64,000 nucleotides of DNA from Minisyncoccota bacterium (GTDB taxonomy: Bacteria; Patescibacteriota; Minisyncoccia; Phycocordibacterales; DATDSR01): NCBI GenBank assembly GCA_036517655.1, contig DATDVE010000016.1, forward strand, positions 2,979-66,978. Direction: 5' to 3'. The notes under the pieces are model-generated. The model had not been told where the DNA came from, made no database searches, and saw only the letters and a program-made list of their open reading frames with translations. Both the position numbers and the translations under genes were made by a program. Shown one piece after another: positions 10,177-19,372 of this stretch. Position 1 is the stretch's first letter. The number at the start of each line of letters is the position of its first letter.

Positions 10177-12948
10177 ATGAAAAGTCGAGGTGCAATCCTC
10201 GTTCTGGCCATCCTTCTAGTTCCACTATTTGCGTCTGCTAAAAGTCCAAAATTGGCGGGTTTTGAGCGGGACAAGGGCAAGTCAATCACTGTTTCAGAAC
10301 CACTAGGCTGGCCGGCTTCTATCACTGCATCATCTCATGTTAAGGGCACTGTCACGTCTCTGCCGGGGATGACTGTCGTCCGACTTTTGGGCTACGAACC
10401 CTGGTGGAAAATCTGGGGCGATTTGTCCGCTACAACTACTGTCACAATTTCTGGTCTGCCCAAGAATAGCACACTACACATATACACCAGAGGTTATAGA
10501 GAGCACAAAGAAATTAATAGCGATGCGCGCGGAGCAGTTACACTCGATTTTGATTCTGACTCTGGTGCGCAATTTATTATCAAGAGCAACCCATCGACTA
10601 AACACATAGCACTTGATCCATTGCTTGGCCCACCGGGTGGGGATTGTAGCGAGATCGGCACATGGACTGCTATAACACGCACATGCAAGCTCAACCAAGA
10701 CGTATTCGAGACTATTTCCATCGAGGATGCGGGCATTACACTTGATGGCAACAATTTTTCTGTTCGGGGTGCTGACAGTGGCGACGGTATATATACAGAT
10801 GAGAGTGACGTGCGAATCACAAATATAGAAGTGCACCGCTTTGATCGCGGTATTGTCTATTCTGACTCGCTATTTACACTAGCTAGTGGCGGGCAAATAG
10901 ATGGCACAACTCTTGCCGATAATATTCTAAATATTATGGACGAGGGTGTCTCTGATTTAAAGATAACAGATAACGACATTGTAGTTGCGGGTACTGGTAT
11001 ATCACTCGTGGATCAGTTCGATAGCTTCCCAACAGATGGAATTGTCATAGTGCGCAACAGCTTCAAGCAGAATACTAATAATGACCTATTCAACAGCGGC
11101 ACATCATTTGTACTCAATACGGCGACAGACAGGGGTAACTGGTGGGCCAAGAATACGAACTGCACTCAAGATCCCGCTAATCCCGATCATTGCACGAACA
11201 TGTACAACGAAGGCGACGGCACAGACAATGCTCCTTGGGCCTGCGAAAACGCATGGCGAAGTAACGTGAACTGTCCAACTACTCCATTGCCAAACGAAAA
11301 TGGAATATGGGGAGAGGTAACATCCTTTTCCACTGGAACAACAACGTATTACAAGGATTCACCGTTAACCATACCTGTGAAAGTGCTACCAAATGGTTGG
11401 GTGCTCAAGGTTCTAGGCAAGCAGACAGAGAAATGGGAAGTTCAAGATGTCACAGATGATAGTACAGGCTGGGTAAAATCCTCTGATATGAGCAGTGATT
11501 CATCGCTTGACCAAGAGCGAGGAGAAAGGGCCGAAGTTACCAAAACTGATAAAGCCGCTAGAGTTGAAGTAATTGATGAGGCAATTTCACACTTCTACAA
11601 CAATAATTCTGTGAGTGAGTCACTCTATAGCAGTAATTCACTTGGAAGAATGGGGGTACGATCAAATATATCACAGCTCAAATCTTTAGGTTTTGTGAAG
11701 GCCCTTATATACGCTACCGCATCGTGGGAATCAGGAGGAAAGGATTTTAACAATGAACTGGTGACATACGATTACGGACATGGGATAAAGCAGATAACCT
11801 TCCAAGCCTGGTTTAATGAACCTCTAAATTACCAAATGAATACCTGGGATAACAGGGGCCTTGCAAGCAATATCATCATATCTGGATGCGAGAGCGTAAA
11901 AAGCGACAACTACAAAGACTGCTATGTAAATACACAGACTCAAAATAAGTTATTAAAACCGTATAAGCAATTCCAGGATAATCAAGCCAATCCTACTTAC
12001 AAAATGTACTCGAACTCCAGCCAGTCTATTTATGCTAACGTTAAGGATGGAATGGTCCTATTGGCGGGGGCTATGACACGGGCGAATCGTAACATTGGTA
12101 ATCCGGGTATTAACTGGGCCTCTGGATTTAGTTTCCCCTATACGATATCAGACAACGAAATGAAGCAGATGTCTAGCTTAAGAGATTACAACGCTGGCCC
12201 TGGAAGTAGGTGCACACCCGTGCTTAATCCGTATAATCAGTATTACCTAAAAAATGTCGGCCTCAAGTTATCCACAATAAATTCAATCTTCCCTGAACTT
12301 AATTATACTGACACTGACCATTTTGTTGAGAAACTCTCTTTTGCTTCCACAGAACAGGACAGGATTGAGGCTTGTAGCCCTGTGTACGTTCAGGTACTAG
12401 ATTCAGCCAATCGCTTGGTAGGCTATAACGGGACTGCTGTTGTGCACCAAATTCCCAGAGTCACATATGATTACAATGAATATAAAGTTGCTCACGTTTT
12501 GCTCCCAAATGACGACTACAGCTATAGAGCCTTGGGCTATGAAACAGGAACATACTCTCTGTATATTGATAGATTTTCTGAAGAAAAAGGAGATGCTAGT
12601 TTTATTGCAACTGAAATCCCAACATCTCGTGGTGAGATACACGAGTACAACCCAGATTGGAAAGCTTTAGCCACTGGCAAAAGGGGGATGTTAGTCAAAG
12701 TCGACAATGATGGCGATGGAGTATTCGACTATGAATTCGTGGTTGGAAGTGCGCTTACGTCTGATAAGTTTATGAAATTTTCCAAAGAAAACACTGGAAA
12801 AGTGCTTGTCTGTCATATTCCTCCAGGTAATCCACAAAATGTTCGTACAATTTCGATTAGCAATTCTGCGCTAGAGACGCACCTTAATCACGGAGACAAG
12901 GAAGGGGAGTGTCTGTCTGCTACAAAAAGTAAAAATAGAAAGAAGTGA
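10177..12948 (+). CDS. large secreted protein: signal peptide + right-handed beta-helix repeats + SH3b-like segment + SLT lytic transglycosylase-like domain
   Basis: Signal peptide MKSRGAILVLAILLVPLFASA. PbH1-like repeats (ITLDGNNFSV, ITNIEVHRFDRGIV, ITDNDIVVAG). GWVLKV...GWVKSSD motif. SLT-like motifs ES...YGHGIKQI and DYNAGPG. Confidence 0.6.
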   Translation: MKSRGAILVLAILLVPLFASAKSPKLAGFERDKGKSITVSEPLGWPASITASSHVKGTVTSLPGMTVVRLLGYEPWWKIWGDLSATTTVTISGLPKNSTLHIYTRGYREHKEINSDARGAVTLDFDSDSGAQFIIKSNPSTKHIALDPLLGPPGGDCSEIGTWTAITRTCKLNQDVFETISIEDAGITLDGNNFSVRGADSGDGIYTDESDVRITNIEVHRFDRGIVYSDSLFTLASGGQIDGTTLADNILNIMDEGVSDLKITDNDIVVAGTGISLVDQFDSFPTDGIVIVRNSFKQNTNNDLFNSGTSFVLNTATDRGNWWAKNTNCTQDPANPDHCTNMYNEGDGTDNAPWACENAWRSNVNCPTTPLPNENGIWGEVTSFSTGTTTYYKDSPLTIPVKVLPNGWVLKVLGKQTEKWEVQDVTDDSTGWVKSSDMSSDSSLDQERGERAEVTKTDKAARVEVIDEAISHFYNNNSVSESLYSSNSLGRMGVRSNISQLKSLGFVKALIYATASWESGGKDFNNELVTYDYGHGIKQITFQAWFNEPLNYQMNTWDNRGLASNIIISGCESVKSDNYKDCYVNTQTQNKLLKPYKQFQDNQANPTYKMYSNSSQSIYANVKDGMVLLAGAMTRANRNIGNPGINWASGFSFPYTISDNEMKQMSSLRDYNAGPGSRCTPVLNPYNQYYLKNVGLKLSTINSIFPELNYTDTDHFVEKLSFASTEQDRIEACSPVYVQVLDSANRLVGYNGTAVVHQIPRVTYDYNEYKVAHVLLPNDDYSYRALGYETGTYSLYIDRFSEEKGDASFIATEIPTSRGEIHEYNPDWKALATGKRGMLVKVDNDGDGVFDYEFVVGSALTSDKFMKFSKENTGKVLVCHIPPGNPQNVRTISISNSALETHLNHGDKEGECLSATKSKNRKK

Positions 12949-13490
12949 AACAGAAATTTGTAATAATAGCTTTCGTAATTTTGGCAATCGGAATAATTTA
13001 TAAATTTAGATTAGGAGAATTTCGTAATGATATAAAAATAGTAGATCAAACCGCTATATCGTTTACGCTTTTTGACGATAAAAGCAACAAGCATATTGTT
13101 AATTTAGATTCATACATTAGTAGTCCAGATGAAACATTGGGAGAGATTGCGGGTAAGATCGAGTTAATAGTTGCTGATGACTACAGAAATAGAGTTTATG
13201 TTGTTTATAGTAATTCAGGGCTGCCAGGCCGGAACGGTCTTACAAACAATATTCTTAGTTATGATTTATTTACCAAAGAACTGCAACCTCTTCTATACAA
13301 CGAAAGGGAAATCTATGTTAATAATCCATCGGATCTTCGCCTTACCCAAGATTTCCATTATCTCAAGCTTAATTACGGTTTATCAGATGGTGCCTGCAGT
13401 CTCATCACTGGCACTTTGACATGGGATCTTAATATTGCTGGTTCTTCTGCAAAGGACGATCGGAGAATTGAGAAATTAAGTGATTGCTAA
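12945..13490 (+). CDS. hypothetical membrane-anchored protein
   Basis: N-terminal TM (FVIIAFVILAIGIIY), 181 aa. ATGA overlap with the upstream gene. Conserved ~45-nt motif directly downstream. Confidence 0.5.
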   Translation: MKQKFVIIAFVILAIGIIYKFRLGEFRNDIKIVDQTAISFTLFDDKSNKHIVNLDSYISSPDETLGEIAGKIELIVADDYRNRVYVVYSNSGLPGRNGLTNNILSYDLFTKELQPLLYNEREIYVNNPSDLRLTQDFHYLKLNYGLSDGACSLITGTLTWDLNIAGSSAKDDRRIEKLSDC

Positions 13491-13634
13491 TTTCCAGTAC
13501 CTTCGCCGTTGTCTATGTCCATGGTATATTTGTATAACTATGTGGGGTCAATACAAAACAGAGTGGCTCTGCAGGATCAATATGACTACGGCTATTTCGT
13601 CTCCAGCGAGGGTTCAAACTAACACGAAGGAGAA

Positions 13635-14306
13635 ATGAAAAAGTATTTCTTGGGGGCACTCTTGCTTGTGGTACTTGTCGCTGTAGGTATTGTCCTATCA
13701 AGAAATTCACACCCAGCGATAGAAGCTCCATCAATGCTAGAACTATCTCAGGCAATCTATCCGTATGAAAGCGACCTTGCTACAAGCCCAGAGGCGTTGG
13801 TGGCAGAATTGAGTCTAGTTGAAACAATTCCTGTGAACGGAGGGTCACTGCTCTTCGTTGGGAGTGAGTCTCTATCGGGGTCAAGCAATATTTCCGGTCT
13901 TATTTTGCTAAACACGGGGGCCAGAGAACTCAAGGTAATTGCACCATTCACTGTGTCGCTGGGATCACAAAATAATAGATATCTTGTATCTCCGGATAAT
14001 GCTTACGTTGCCATTGAAACCCTTGCTACAGTTAGTGCAAATTGTGCCTACCCATCAATCACCATTAGTAGACTGGATTCGTTTCCCAGTCCATTTGAAA
14101 ATGTAGTAATGGTTGGCGAGCCGTCGCTACGAGAGAGCACAGACCCAGACAAGGAAGTTTATAACGCAGTAGAGGGGGCTAACTGGACAGCGAGTAACTT
14201 GCAATTCAAGCAGTCTCTCGTCAAATGTACAACAGGAAACACGCTTATAGGCCCTCTCCCATTGCAATACAGTCCCGGCACCGGCCAGTACTCTAGAGAA
14301 CAGTAA
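13635..14306 (+). CDS. hypothetical membrane-anchored/secreted protein
   Basis: N-terminal TM/signal (YFLGALLLVVLVAVGIVL), 223 aa. RBS AAGGAG upstream. The same ~45-nt downstream motif as the previous gene. Confidence 0.5.
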   Translation: MKKYFLGALLLVVLVAVGIVLSRNSHPAIEAPSMLELSQAIYPYESDLATSPEALVAELSLVETIPVNGGSLLFVGSESLSGSSNISGLILLNTGARELKVIAPFTVSLGSQNNRYLVSPDNAYVAIETLATVSANCAYPSITISRLDSFPSPFENVVMVGEPSLRESTDPDKEVYNAVEGANWTASNLQFKQSLVKCTTGNTLIGPLPLQYSPGTGQYSREQ

Positions 14307-14399
14307 GTGAGTTGACTAATCACCCGTGCCTTCGCCATTGTTTGTGTCTTCACCCGGCATATTTTTAGTTTCTATAAATAACTTTGTAAAAAGCTCGTT

Positions 14400-15398
14400 T
14401 TGAGCTATGATTATAACATGACAGAGTCCAAAAAAGTTCTTCTTTCGGGGATGAAGCCTACTGGGCGGCCTCATATCGGCAACTATTTCGGCGCTATGAA
14501 GCAATTTGTTGATCTGCAGGGACAGTACTCGCCTTATTATATTATGGTCGCTGATTATCATGCGCTTAACTTTATTCAAGATGCGAGCGAGATGCGCTCG
14601 CTTAGTCACGAGATGGTACTCGACTTTTTGGCAATTGGGCTGGATCCAGAGAAGGTGATCTTGTTCAAACAATCTGATGTGCCAGAGCATACAGAGCTTT
14701 GCTGGATATTCGACACTATTACTACCATGCCGTATCTCATGCGCTCGCATGCTTACAAAGATGCCGAGGCAAAAGATAAGGAAATTAGCGTGGGCACTTT
14801 TAACTACCCCATGCTAATGGCAGCAGATATTCTGCTCTACGACGCCAACTGCGTGCCGGTGGGACAGGATCAGAAGCAACATGTCGAGTATGCTCGCGAC
14901 ACTGCCCAGAAGTTCAATAGAATTTTTAACGAAATATTCACACTTCCAGAAGCGCTGATCATGAAAGATGTTGCGATAGTGCCCGGCATAGACGGTCGCA
15001 AAATGAGCAAGAGTTATAAAAATGACATCAAGCTTTTTAGTTCCGACGAGGAAATTCGTAAGCAAGTGATGAGCATTGTCACAGACTCGAAGGGCAAGGG
15101 TGAAGTACTTGATCCCGAAACAGACAATATATTTGCCCTACACAAATTATTCACTGGACCTGATCAACTTCGACACTTGTCGTCGGAGTACAGGGCGGGG
15201 GAGATTGGGTATAAAGAATCGAAAGAGTTACTGGCAGAGAATATAATCAAATTCATTTCACCCATGAGGGCAAAGCGCGAAGAACTTGCCAAGGATTCTG
15301 GTTTGACAGGAAAAGTGCTAAAAGCGGGTGGCGATAAAGCTCGAGTCAAGGCGAGTGAGACTATTGCAAAGGTGCGCAAACTAATTGGGGTGGTATAA
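14400..15398 (+). CDS. trpS: tryptophan--tRNA ligase
   Basis: Class I HIGH (GRPHIGNY) and KMSKS (KMSKS) motifs; ~330 aa TrpRS size. Confidence 0.9.
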   Translation: MSYDYNMTESKKVLLSGMKPTGRPHIGNYFGAMKQFVDLQGQYSPYYIMVADYHALNFIQDASEMRSLSHEMVLDFLAIGLDPEKVILFKQSDVPEHTELCWIFDTITTMPYLMRSHAYKDAEAKDKEISVGTFNYPMLMAADILLYDANCVPVGQDQKQHVEYARDTAQKFNRIFNEIFTLPEALIMKDVAIVPGIDGRKMSKSYKNDIKLFSSDEEIRKQVMSIVTDSKGKGEVLDPETDNIFALHKLFTGPDQLRHLSSEYRAGEIGYKESKELLAENIIKFISPMRAKREELAKDSGLTGKVLKAGGDKARVKASETIAKVRKLIGVV

Positions 15399-15416
15399 CT
15401 CACCCGGACTATGTCT

Positions 15417-15441
15417 CACCCTCTCTTATAAAAGAGAGGGT
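15417..15441 (+). terminator. stem-loop downstream of trpS (putative terminator)
   Basis: ACCCTCTCTT-ATAA-AAGAGAGGGT 10-bp stem. Weak T-tract, followed by a TATAAT at 15469-15474 for aspS. Confidence 0.4.
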
Positions 15442-15481
15442 AGGGTGAGTTGGGGACTAGTTATATGTTATAATTCCCCCC

Positions 15482-16786
15482 ATGCTGACTGGTATTCATA
15501 CAAGTGACTTGAGAGACAAAGTAGGCGAGAGTGTGCACGTTAATGGCTTTGTGCATGCTCTGAGGGTGCAGAGTAAGATTATCTTTTTGATACTTAGAGA
15601 TATTACTGGCACTGCCCAGATTGTCATACAAGACTCATCAGCGGTTAAACCGCTGTTTGACAAAGCGAAGGAATTATCGCTCGAATCTGTGGTGCGAATC
15701 GGGGGCAAGGTGGTTGAAGCCAAGCAAGCTCCCGGTGGTGTGGAGATACAGATTAGTTCGCTCGAGGTACTATCTGCCGCAAGTCCGGAGTTGCCTATAC
15801 CCGTAGTGCCGTTAAAGGGGGGCGAGGAGAGTGAAGCACCGATCAGGTTTGATTACAGGTGGCTTGATCTGCGTAAGCCAGAGAAGGCTAAGATCTTTAA
15901 AGTTTGGACAGAACTCGAAAGAGGATTTAGGAAATATTGGTTGGAGAATGGCTACACACAACTCTATACGCCAGCCTTTATGAACACACCCAGCGAGTCT
16001 GGAGCAGAGGTCTTCGAGGTGAAATATTTCGATCGCAAGGCGTATCTGGCGCAGTCCCCGCAGTTCTACAAACAAATGGGTATAGCATCTGGCTTCGAGA
16101 GGGTGTTCATGACGGGGCCAGTGTTCCGAGCCGAAGCATCGTTCACGACTAGGCACTTAACAGAATTCACCGGCTGGGACTTTGAACTCGCGTACATTGA
16201 GTCGCATCACGACATTATGGACCAAGAAGAGGGGATGATTGTTGCAGGACTTGAGGCGGTTAAGAAAGCACTCCCAGAGCTTGGGGGTTTAACCCCCACG
16301 CGTCCGTTCCCAAGAATTACAATGCTTGAGGCTAAGAAAATTTTGAGTGAGAAGGGGATTGCAAGCGCTGAAGAGCACGACTTGTCGCCGGAAGAAGAGC
16401 GGGCTATTTCAGATTTTGTAAAAGAGAAATATGATCACGAATTTGTATTCATAACTGAATATCACAAGAGCAAGGGCGCGTTTTATCACATGAGGCTAGA
16501 GCCAGGATCTGACTATACACGCCGGGCGGACTTGCTCTACAAGGGCCTTGAGATCACCACACTTGCTCAACGAGAACACAGGCCAGATGTACTAGAGATG
16601 CAAGCAAAAGAGAAGGGCATGGACCTAGAGAGCTTGAAGGAATACTTTAGTTTCTTCAAATTCGGCTGTCCGCCGCATGGTGGCGGCGGCATCGGCCCGG
16701 CAAGAATTGTGATGAAATTACTTGACCTCCCCAACGTAAGAGAAGCCACATATCTCCCGCGTGACGTCAAGAGACTCAATCCATGA
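15482..16786 (+). CDS. aspS: aspartate--tRNA ligase, archaeal/short type
   Basis: 434 aa class II aaRS. N-terminal OB fold, QSPQFYKQ signature, motif 2 FRAE, motif 3 GGGIGPAR. The short length fits the archaeal-type AspRS/AsnRS. Confidence 0.75.
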   Translation: MLTGIHTSDLRDKVGESVHVNGFVHALRVQSKIIFLILRDITGTAQIVIQDSSAVKPLFDKAKELSLESVVRIGGKVVEAKQAPGGVEIQISSLEVLSAASPELPIPVVPLKGGEESEAPIRFDYRWLDLRKPEKAKIFKVWTELERGFRKYWLENGYTQLYTPAFMNTPSESGAEVFEVKYFDRKAYLAQSPQFYKQMGIASGFERVFMTGPVFRAEASFTTRHLTEFTGWDFELAYIESHHDIMDQEEGMIVAGLEAVKKALPELGGLTPTRPFPRITMLEAKKILSEKGIASAEEHDLSPEEERAISDFVKEKYDHEFVFITEYHKSKGAFYHMRLEPGSDYTRRADLLYKGLEITTLAQREHRPDVLEMQAKEKGMDLESLKEYFSFFKFGCPPHGGGGIGPARIVMKLLDLPNVREATYLPRDVKRLNP

Positions 16787-16796
16787 TCAACTTGCC

Positions 16797-18065
16797 ATGA
16801 ACCGGAAGAATATCTTCTACTGGACACTTTACGATTTCGCCAACTCGATTGTCATAATTGTCTTCTTCCTATACTTCTCACAGTGGTTGGTGGTGGAGAA
16901 GGGTGTGTCTGACTTCGCCTACAATATGATCTTTACAGCAGGTTCAGTACTGCTACTACTCACAGCACCTATCCTGGCCAGCCTGGCTGACAGGAACGGC
17001 AAGCAGCACTATTATCTGCGCAGTATCACTTTGCTCTCTGTGGCCCTCTTCATCCTCACAAGTCTGGTGACTCTATTCTGGAGTAGGGAGGTAATGTTGG
17101 CCATACTCTTCTTCCTCCTGGCAAACTATATCTATCAATTCTCATTCGTCTTCTACAATGCCCTTCTGCACAAGATCGCGCCGCCGCATATGTGGGGTCG
17201 GATATCTGGATTGGGTCAAGCGGGCAACTGGCTCGGTCAGGTCACAGGCCTCTTGGTCACCCTGCCGCTGGCAACTGGAGCAGTATATCTTGTGGGCGAA
17301 GCTGGTCGAGCCCAGACATTCCTGCCAGCCACAATCCTGTTTCTGTTGTTGACGCTACCTATGCTCTTCTTATTCAAATTATCGAAACAACAGGCAGAAC
17401 CTGCTGGCGAGAAAGTGAAGCTGGGTAGTCTCTATCGAGAGCAGTGGGGCAAGTTCCGAGAGCTCATAAGAATTCCGGGTGTAGGCCTCTTCCTCTTGGC
17501 ATATTTCTTCTTTAACGACGCCATCCTGACAGCGGCCAACAACTTTCCCATCTATCTGCAGAACGTCTTCGCTGTCTCTGATACCACCAAGTCACTATTG
17601 CTTATGGGCATTCTAGCTACCTCGGCTATAGGGGCACTACTGGCCGGCTGGATGGCAGATAAGGTGGGTCTCAAGAAGACACTCATGTTTGTTCTGGGAA
17701 GCTGGGTTGTAATCCTGCCCTTACTTGGCTCTGTATCTAACTTCAAACTCTTCGTTGTCTACACTGTCATTATGGGTCTCTTGTATGGATCTGTCTGGGC
17801 AGTAACCAGGGCGGCTATGACGGCCTTAGTCCCGCCAGAGAGGATGAACTTCGGCTTCAGTTTCTATGGTATCGCCGAGAGAGTTTCGACACTTGTTGGT
17901 CCTGTGACGTGGGGACTCATCAGTACGCTACTTGTGCATCTTGGTCCTACTCGTTACCGCATAGCAGTCTCGGCAATGGCCATATTCGTGATTATCGGTT
18001 TACTGATAATGCGCAAAGTCCAAATCCCTAAGACGAATAACACGATCAACAATGCAAGCGTTTAG
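16797..18065 (+). CDS. MFS transporter
   Basis: About 12 predicted TM helices; start at ATG 16797 to avoid overlap with aspS. Confidence 0.7.
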   Translation: MNRKNIFYWTLYDFANSIVIIVFFLYFSQWLVVEKGVSDFAYNMIFTAGSVLLLLTAPILASLADRNGKQHYYLRSITLLSVALFILTSLVTLFWSREVMLAILFFLLANYIYQFSFVFYNALLHKIAPPHMWGRISGLGQAGNWLGQVTGLLVTLPLATGAVYLVGEAGRAQTFLPATILFLLLTLPMLFLFKLSKQQAEPAGEKVKLGSLYREQWGKFRELIRIPGVGLFLLAYFFFNDAILTAANNFPIYLQNVFAVSDTTKSLLLMGILATSAIGALLAGWMADKVGLKKTLMFVLGSWVVILPLLGSVSNFKLFVVYTVIMGLLYGSVWAVTRAAMTALVPPERMNFGFSFYGIAERVSTLVGPVTWGLISTLLVHLGPTRYRIAVSAMAIFVIIGLLIMRKVQIPKTNNTINNASV

Positions 18066-18783
18066 CATACAGACGGAGAAGTTCCAAGGACCTATTGAGC
18101 TGCTGCTTGAGCTTATTGAGAGCCGGAAGATGCACATATCGGATGTGTCACTCCGCGAAGTTGCTGATGCGTTCCTCTCGCACATTGAGAAACTGGAGGA
18201 GTTGCCAGTTGCGGATACGGCGGACTTCGTCTACGTTGCATCTATTCTCATTTTAATCAAATCAAAGTCGCTCTTACCGGGACTAGAACTTGAACCAGAA
18301 GAGCAGGCGAGTATCGATGATCTGGAGAAGCGCTTGGCTATTTATAAAATTCTCAAAGAGCAGACCGGCGAGCTAAGCAAGCTGTTTGGCAGTATGCCTA
18401 TTTACTCGCGAGAAGAAAGTGCTAACTTTGAAATTATTTTTGCCTCGCCAGATCTACTAGATCCAAAACTGATTTTTGAGGTTATTAATCAAGTACTTGC
18501 TAGCGTCCCAAAGGCCGAAGCGCTTGAAAAGAAGTCTGTACAGAAAGTGATCAGTCTTGAAGAGATGATAGTTAAGCTGGCTGACAGGATGCAGAGCACA
18601 CTCAAATCGTCGTTCAAGTCATTCACACGCTTAGAGAGGACAGAAAAAGTGAATGTTATTATCTCATTTCTGGCAATGCTGGAATTGGTCAAGAGGGGAG
18701 CAATAGAAGTGAGACAGCATGCGCACTTTGATGATATCGAGATGGAGATTAGCCAAGCAGGAATACCTGTTTATAATTCCTAG
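18052..18783 (+). CDS. scpA: segregation and condensation protein A
   Basis: ScpA N-terminal signature (FQGPIELLLELIESRKMHISDVSL); followed by scpB. Confidence 0.85.
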   Translation: MQAFSIQTEKFQGPIELLLELIESRKMHISDVSLREVADAFLSHIEKLEELPVADTADFVYVASILILIKSKSLLPGLELEPEEQASIDDLEKRLAIYKILKEQTGELSKLFGSMPIYSREESANFEIIFASPDLLDPKLIFEVINQVLASVPKAEALEKKSVQKVISLEEMIVKLADRMQSTLKSSFKSFTRLERTEKVNVIISFLAMLELVKRGAIEVRQHAHFDDIEMEISQAGIPVYNS

Positions 18784-18808
18784 GTTCTAATTACTAATTT
18801 CTAATGAA

Positions 18809-19372
18809 ATGAAACTCGAAAATTTACTAGAAGCGATACTTTTTCATAAGAGCGAGCCAGTTAACCTTGCTTGGCTTGCAAAAGTAACTAAAAAAGATTT
18901 AGGAGAGATTAATCAGGCGCTCGCAGAATTAGAGCAGAGCCTGCAGGGCAGGCCTGCCTGCGCAGGCAGGGGAGTGGTGCTGGTTAAATCAGAATCAGAA
19001 GTTAGCCTGGGCACGCATCCAGAAGCGGCGAGCGTCATCCGCGAGATTACAAAATATGAGCTATCGGGAGAACTAGGCAAGGCCAGTCTTGAAACTATAT
19101 CTATAATTCTTTACCAGAGCCCGATATCGCGAAGTAGTATTGAGTATATAAGGGGCGTGAACTCGCAATTTACTATTAGACACTTATTGATAAGGGGCTT
19201 GATAGAACGTGTGATTAATCCAAATGATTCGCGCAGTTACTTGTACCAGCCAACACTAGAGCTACTTAAGTTTATGGGGCTGTCAAAGAAAGATGACTTG
19301 CCAGATTACGAGAGCATTAAAGCTAAGCTAAATGAGATCGCTAGTAGCCCTATCACTTCTAATAACAGCTAG
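18809..19372 (+). CDS. scpB: segregation and condensation protein B
   Basis: ScpB winged-helix pattern (LEAILFHKSEPVNLAWLAKV...). Contains the 18-nt palindrome at 18953-18970. Confidence 0.8.
   Translation: MKLENLLEAILFHKSEPVNLAWLAKVTKKDLGEINQALAELEQSLQGRPACAGRGVVLVKSESEVSLGTHPEAASVIREITKYELSGELGKASLETISIILYQSPISRSSIEYIRGVNSQFTIRHLLIRGLIERVINPNDSRSYLYQPTLELLKFMGLSKKDDLPDYESIKAKLNEIASSPITSNNS

Noticed and set aside
19332-19372. 41-nt overlap between scpB 3' end and the S11 peptidase start as a possible programmed frameshift or fusion
   Set aside because: Different frames with independent plausible start (signal peptide begins at the ATG); a simple overlap is more parsimonious.
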